The notes under the pieces: generated by a model | What the model was told of the DNA's origin: nothing | Databases searched by the model: none | Seen by the model: only the letters and a program-made list of their open reading frames with translations | Shown: one piece after another, positions 61,288 to 64,000 of the stretch | Layout: the number at the start of each line of letters is the position of its first letter | Position numbering within the stretch: position 1 is the stretch's first letter | Program-made: the position numbers and the translations under genes | Source of the DNA: an uncultured candidate division Zixibacteria bacterium | GTDB taxonomy: Bacteria; Zixibacteria; MSB-5A5; GN15; FEB-12 | Assembly: GCA_963735035.1 (NCBI GenBank) | Contig: CAVTJJ010000003.1 | Span: forward strand, 800,001 to 864,000 | Direction of reading: 5' to 3' | DNA: 64,000 nt

Positions 61288-63273
61288 CTATCTCAGATCG
61301 AGCGCCCTAGCCGTCTCCTGGCACTCAGCCGCCGACCCGACAATATAGAGCAAATCGCCGGATTCGAAGCGCTCTCCGGCGGGAGGATTACTCACAAGCC
61401 GGGTGCCACGCATAACCGCCAGAAGCGTCACGCCAAACCGGTTACGCATCTGGGCTTCGGCCAGTGTCTGACCAATCAGTGGACCCTGGTCGCCTACCCG
61501 AAGGGCGCTGATCTCGATAGCCGGCAGATTGAGCTGCAGGTCGGAAAGGCTCGGCGACTGGTGAGTAAGGCTGCGAAACATCTCATAGCTATGGGACCGC
61601 AAATCGGTCGTAAACTTCTCGATCTCTTCGCGGGGCACCAGATACTTGGACAGCACCCTCGTAAAAATCTCCACCGATGTCTCGAACTCTTCCGGGATGA
61701 CTTCGTTGGCGCCGATGTCATACAGGGCCGCCATCTCATTGACGAAACGGGTCCTCACGATGATATAGACTCTGGAGCTGAGTTCCCGTATCGAAAAAGT
61801 AATGCGACGCGAGGCGATTGGATCGGATATCGCAATGACGACAATTCGCGCCCGATCGACCGCGATGTCTCTGAGCAGTTCCCGGCTGGTAGCGTCGCCG
61901 TACCGGATCGGTTCGCCTTCGCGACGCACCGCCCGCACGGTGTCAGGGTTCATTTCCACGATCAGATAGCGAATCCCGGCGGCTCGGGCCGCTCCGGCAA
62001 TGTTGCGACCATTCAGCCCGAAGCCAATAATCACCAGATGGTCCTGCAGATCTTTTTCGCCCGGACGATTATCCGCCATTTGCAGATACGACCCGGATTC
62101 AAATCGTCTCAGCCCCGGCCAAGCCGAGACCACCCCCGCCAGCGAGGGAGCGATGTTAATCAGGAACGGCGTTACACCCATTGTCAGGATAGCTATCGCC
62201 AGAAAGGTCTGGTAATCGTTCCCCTCAAAGAGGCCGTACGACAATCCCACTTTGGACAGAATGAAGCTGAACTCTCCGACTTGACCTAGCGCCAGTCCGA
62301 CCATGACGGCTGCCCGGGATGACATCCCCAGTGCCAGAGCCACCCCGCCGGCCAGAATCGACTTCAGCAGGATGACCAGCAGGCCGCCGCCGATCACTTT
62401 GACCGGTTCGGCCAGCACCACCGACGTATCCAGAAGCATCCCGATAGACACAAAGAAGAAACCGGTAAACACCGCCTTGAACGGCAGAATTCCCTCGAGC
62501 GCCTGATAACTATACTCCGAGTCGGAGATGACCAACCCGGCGAGAAACGCCCCTAAACCCAGCGACAGTCCAAGCTCGTACGTTGCCCAGGCGACACCGC
62601 TACAGATCAACACTACACTGAGCAGGAACAGCTCGCGGCTCTTGGTTCTAGCTACCTGATACATGACAATCGGCACGATATATCGCGCCAACAGGATAAC
62701 CAGCCCCACCACAGCCAACCCTTTGACAACAATGCCCAACATCGATTGAGTTAGGCCGTCGGCGCCGCCACTGAGCACCGGCGTGATGATCATCATAGGT
62801 GCGATGATGATATCCTGGAAGATCAGAATGGCCAGGGTCGCCCGGCCATGGGCGCTGTCCAGTTCGCCCTTGTCCTGAAGCGCTTTCAAGACGATCGCCG
62901 TGCTGCTCAAGGCCACCAGGAACCCGGCAAACACGGCTTCTTTGGCGGCGAAACCGAACCCGATCATCAGCAGGAGGGTCACGCTGGCGGTCAATATTAC
63001 CTGCAGACTCCCCCCCAGCAATGCCGCCCGCTGGGACTGCATCAGGTTCTTGATCGAGAACTCAATACCAATGGCAAATAGCAGCAGCACGACGCCTATC
63101 TCGGCGAGCACGTCGACTTCGTCCTGAGACTGCACCAGGCTAAGACCGTAGGGGCCAATGACCATCCCCGCAATCAGGAACCCCACCACCGGTGGCAGCT
63201 TGAGGCGATGGCATATGAACAGCCCGCCCACTGAGGCGGCGAGAATGAGTACCAGATCCTGAAGAACATACAT
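61288..63273 (-). CDS. CPA2/Kef-type cation:proton antiporter with TrkA-N and TrkA-C domains
   Basis: AEIGVVLLLF.IG.E, LSSTAIV, FQDI, GAFLAG, GFGLNG, YGDA. Confidence 0.92.
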   Translation of the reverse strand: MYVLQDLVLILAASVGGLFICHRLKLPPVVGFLIAGMVIGPYGLSLVQSQDEVDVLAEIGVVLLLFAIGIEFSIKNLMQSQRAALLGGSLQVILTASVTLLLMIGFGFAAKEAVFAGFLVALSSTAIVLKALQDKGELDSAHGRATLAILIFQDIIIAPMMIITPVLSGGADGLTQSMLGIVVKGLAVVGLVILLARYIVPIVMYQVARTKSRELFLLSVVLICSGVAWATYELGLSLGLGAFLAGLVISDSEYSYQALEGILPFKAVFTGFFFVSIGMLLDTSVVLAEPVKVIGGGLLVILLKSILAGGVALALGMSSRAAVMVGLALGQVGEFSFILSKVGLSYGLFEGNDYQTFLAIAILTMGVTPFLINIAPSLAGVVSAWPGLRRFESGSYLQMADNRPGEKDLQDHLVIIGFGLNGRNIAGAARAAGIRYLIVEMNPDTVRAVRREGEPIRYGDATSRELLRDIAVDRARIVVIAISDPIASRRITFSIRELSSRVYIIVRTRFVNEMAALYDIGANEVIPEEFETSVEIFTRVLSKYLVPREEIEKFTTDLRSHSYEMFRSLTHQSPSLSDLQLNLPAIEISALRVGDQGPLIGQTLAEAQMRNRFGVTLLAVMRGTRLVSNPPAGERFESGDLLYIVGSAAECQETARALDLR

Positions 63274-63546
63274 GGGCGGTTCCTGCCTGAAAAGGGTCGA
63301 GGTGAGACGGGAAAGGGCCGAGCCTGTATCATCTCCCTCGTCTATCGAAAAATAGACCCGATCCGACCGTCAGATCAACCTCAAAGAATGGCCCTTTGAG
63401 CTCAATTCATGACGGGAACAAGCTCCACAGCAGCGGGTTTAGCTCTCAGTACGCGCGAACCGGCCATTTCGAGACCGGACTCATTTCCTCTTGATCCTGG
63501 GCGGCCGCTGTCGTACCGTAGTAACCTATTTTCGAGGTGAATCTCA

Positions 63547-64000
63547 ATGGCTGAAGCAGGACAGACAGACTCTACAATCAAATCCGGGACCGGCCTCGAC
63601 GTCGAGGCGATCATGGACCGAGCCGTGACGGCGGCGCGCGCCTTCCACGACCTGGATCAGAAACAGACCGACCGCATTGTCGAAGCGGTTTTCAGGGCCG
63701 GTTTCGACAACCGCATCCGTCTCGCCCGGGCCGCCTGCGACGAGACCCGCATGGGCGTCTGGAAAGACAAGGTCATCAAGAATGTCATCGCCACGCTGTT
63801 TGTCTACGAAGATATCAGCAACATGAAGACGGTCGGTGTGATCTCCGAGGACGAAGTCCGCGGTATTGTGGAGATTGCCCAGCCGGTCGGACCGATCTTC
63901 GCCATCACGCCGGTGACCAATCCTACGTCGACGGTTCTCTTCAAGATTCTGATCTCGCTCAAATCGCGCAATCCGATAATCATCCGCCCCCACGGCGCGG
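63547..64000 (+). CDS. CoA-acylating aldehyde dehydrogenase (AdhE N-terminal type), 3'-partial; absent from the ORF track
   Basis: Manual translation: MAEAGQ...DQKQTDRIV..ETRMGVWKDKVIKN...MKTVGVI...PVTNPTSTVLFKILISLKSRN. Confidence 0.88.
   Translation, partial: MAEAGQTDSTIKSGTGLDVEAIMDRAVTAARAFHDLDQKQTDRIVEAVFRAGFDNRIRLARAACDETRMGVWKDKVIKNVIATLFVYEDISNMKTVGVISEDEVRGIVEIAQPVGPIFAITPVTNPTSTVLFKILISLKSRNPIIIRPHGA

Overview
GC-rich bacterial chromosomal window. The Cys-flanked dockerin-like tail and the 'QNYPNPFN...KKMxLLK' secretion tails suggest the FCB group, probably Zixibacteria (inference). From left to right it holds: a small Zn-ribbon protein; an IS30 element; a complete classical menaquinone cluster (menG-F-D-H-B-A-C-E plus a thioesterase); pepF; a chaperone-usher-like pilus locus with six DUF4402-like subunits; secreted beta-propeller proteins; ppgK; an M16 peptidase pair; yjbQ/thpR/pfkB; archease-rtcB; a CHASE8-like chemoreceptor divergent from yfiR; a lone two-Cys dsrC; a cohesin-like secreted protein; an arsR-arsP-arsEFG-like operon; a porin plus two chemoreceptors next to a LuxR regulator; a Kef-type antiporter; and the start of an AdhE-type aldehyde dehydrogenase. 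Most notable are (1) the DUF4402 chaperone-usher locus with apparently specialised subunits and a sigma28-like promoter, (2) a putative LuxR/sigma28 regulon with a conserved TGACTA-N7-TAGTCA box, and (3) several dispersed palindromic repeat families, one inserted in frame inside menE. Many genes are split by single-base indels that look like sequencing errors. All family calls come from motif recognition by eye; no searches were run.
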